A stretch of 64,000 bases of DNA from Dehalococcoidales bacterium (lineage in GTDB: Bacteria; Chloroflexota; Dehalococcoidia; Dehalococcoidales; RBG-16-60-22), in contig JAQTMM010000001.1 in the NCBI GenBank assembly GCA_028714335.1, forward strand, positions 8,181 through 72,180, given 5' to 3'. The notes below the pieces were generated by a model. The model was not told the origin of the DNA, made no database searches, and saw only the letters and a program-made list of their open reading frames with translations. This document shows, piece by piece, positions 63,113 through 64,000 of the stretch (position 1 is the stretch's first letter; every line of letters starts with the position of its first letter). Made by a program: the position numbers and the translations under genes.

Positions 63113-63442
63113 CTAACCCGCTAAAGCGGTGTCAATGCTCTTTTTAAGCTCCGGCTTGGGGCGGAAGCCGACAAGGTTGGAAACCGGCTGGCCGTCTTTA
63201 AAGATAATAAGGGTGGGGATGCTCATTACGCCGTATTTACTGGCAATTCCAGCATTATCGTCAACGTTGAGTTTCATAAAGGAGACTTTGCCGTCGTACT
63301 CGTCAGACAGCTCGTCAACGATTGGGGCTACCATGCGGCAGGGCCCGCACCAGGGCGCCCAAAAATCCACGAGGACAGGCGTTTTTGCTTTTAACACCAT
63401 TTCATCAAATTTCGCTTCGTTCACTTCCGTTGGTTTGCTCAT
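63113..63442 (-). CDS. trxA: Thioredoxin
   Basis: 109 aa with [13 protein letters not shown]. Confidence 0.95.
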   Translation of the reverse strand: MSKPTEVNEAKFDEMVLKAKTPVLVDFWAPWCGPCRMVAPIVDELSDEYDGKVSFMKLNVDDNAGIASKYGVMSIPTLIIFKDGQPVSNLVGFRPKPELKKSIDTALAG

Positions 63443-64000
63443 AACGTTCCTCTCTTATCTTTTCTATAATACCATGTTCAACTGTCTCTTTGGCCAGGCC
63501 GATAGCGTTTTTAATCGCCCGGGCTTTACTGCGCCCGTGGGCTATGATGACCGCGCCGTTAACGCCTAAAAGACAGGCGCCGCCGTATTCGCTAAAGTCC
63601 AGCTTCTTTGTCCAGGCGCCCAAGCCGATATCCTTAAGAAGCTCGCGCGTTCTTAAACGGGAGACACTGGAAAAGATATGGCCAAGCTCCTGAATTGAGT
63701 TTAAGAAACTATCGTTAAAACCTTCAATCGTTTTCAGGACGATGTTACCGGTAAACCCGTCAGTAACTATAACGTCGGCGGTCTTGCGTGAGATATCGTG
63801 CCCTTCGATATTTCCGATAAAACTGATGGATTTATCCAGTTTTAAGAGCTCATAGGCTTCCTGCGCCAAACGATTGCCTTTACCTTCTTCGGCACCGTTG
63901 CTTAAAAGTCCGACCCGCGGGAAGGGAATACTAAGAATATACTTGCTATAAAGACTGCCCAGACGGGCAAACTCCAGCAGGTGCTCGGGCCGGCAGTCGG
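63405..64000 (-). CDS. plsX: Phosphate acyltransferase PlsX, C-terminal part (5' end outside window)
   Basis: I translated beyond the listed ORF and the frame stays open to the window edge (...[27 protein letters not shown]...[14 protein letters not shown]). The stop overlaps the trxA start by 38 nt. Confidence 0.85.
   Translation of the reverse strand, partial: DCRPEHLLEFARLGSLYSKYILSIPFPRVGLLSNGAEEGKGNRLAQEAYELLKLDKSISFIGNIEGHDISRKTADVIVTDGFTGNIVLKTIEGFNDSFLNSIQELGHIFSSVSRLRTRELLKDIGLGAWTKKLDFSEYGGACLLGVNGAVIIAHGRSKARAIKNAIGLAKETVEHGIIEKIREERYEQTNGSERSEI

Overview
This is a densely coding 64-kb bacterial chromosomal window with about 60 protein genes. I found no rRNA, tRNA, CRISPR array, integrase or transposase. 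All calls come from reading the supplied ORF translations and the raw DNA by eye. Nothing was searched or computed, so start codons are approximate and family names are motif-based. My taxonomic impression, at low confidence, is a Chloroflexota/Dehalococcoidia-like anaerobe. That impression rests on Thr-rich lipoprotein linkers, many CoA-transferases, nitroreductases and radical-SAM enzymes, and the plsX-trxA-trxB-rplI-dnaB context.

The window splits into two parts.

(1) Positions 1 to about 24200 look accessory. They hold a Liv-type ABC importer with an embedded acyl-CoA synthetase, an MBL-fold (alkylsulfatase-like) gene, and a lipase-glpD-glpK trio. They also hold a TetR-linked run of eight cytoplasmic hydrolase/oxidoreductase genes: two type-B carboxylesterases, a CocE/NonD hydrolase, a phosphotriesterase-like enzyme, a SnoaL-like protein, a flavodoxin-like protein, a KstD/fumarate-reductase-type flavoprotein and an SDR. 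The part ends with speB-pdaD behind an 830-bp ORF-free leader. Three direct copies of a 46-bp intergenic element (5951, 7601, 21986) cut this part into cassette-like segments. This is my best candidate for something undescribed.

(2) Positions from about 24200 to 64000 look more core-like. Transport and regulation genes are Pit/DUF47, IclR, MMPL, MFS, a CPA1 antiporter, a multi-PAS histidine kinase and a SemiSWEET. Enzyme genes are two nitroreductases, tandem Zn-ADHs, two radical-SAM enzymes and two family III CoA-transferases. Housekeeping genes are glnS-gltX, rluD-lspA-dksA-like, yggS, and a replication/redox block dnaC-like/dnaD-like/dnaB/rplI/trxB/trxA/plsX.

Oddities in the second part:
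- an internally duplicated DnaC-like loader;
- an L9 with a roughly 107-aa K/E/A-rich tail;
- a zinc-ribbon protein with a long repetitive coiled coil;
- an NfeD gene coupled to a radical-SAM gene instead of an SPFH partner;
- a BNR-lipoprotein/bicupin/Zn-ribbon module;
- two candidate leaderless promoters;
- a terminator-like leader in front of the MFS gene.
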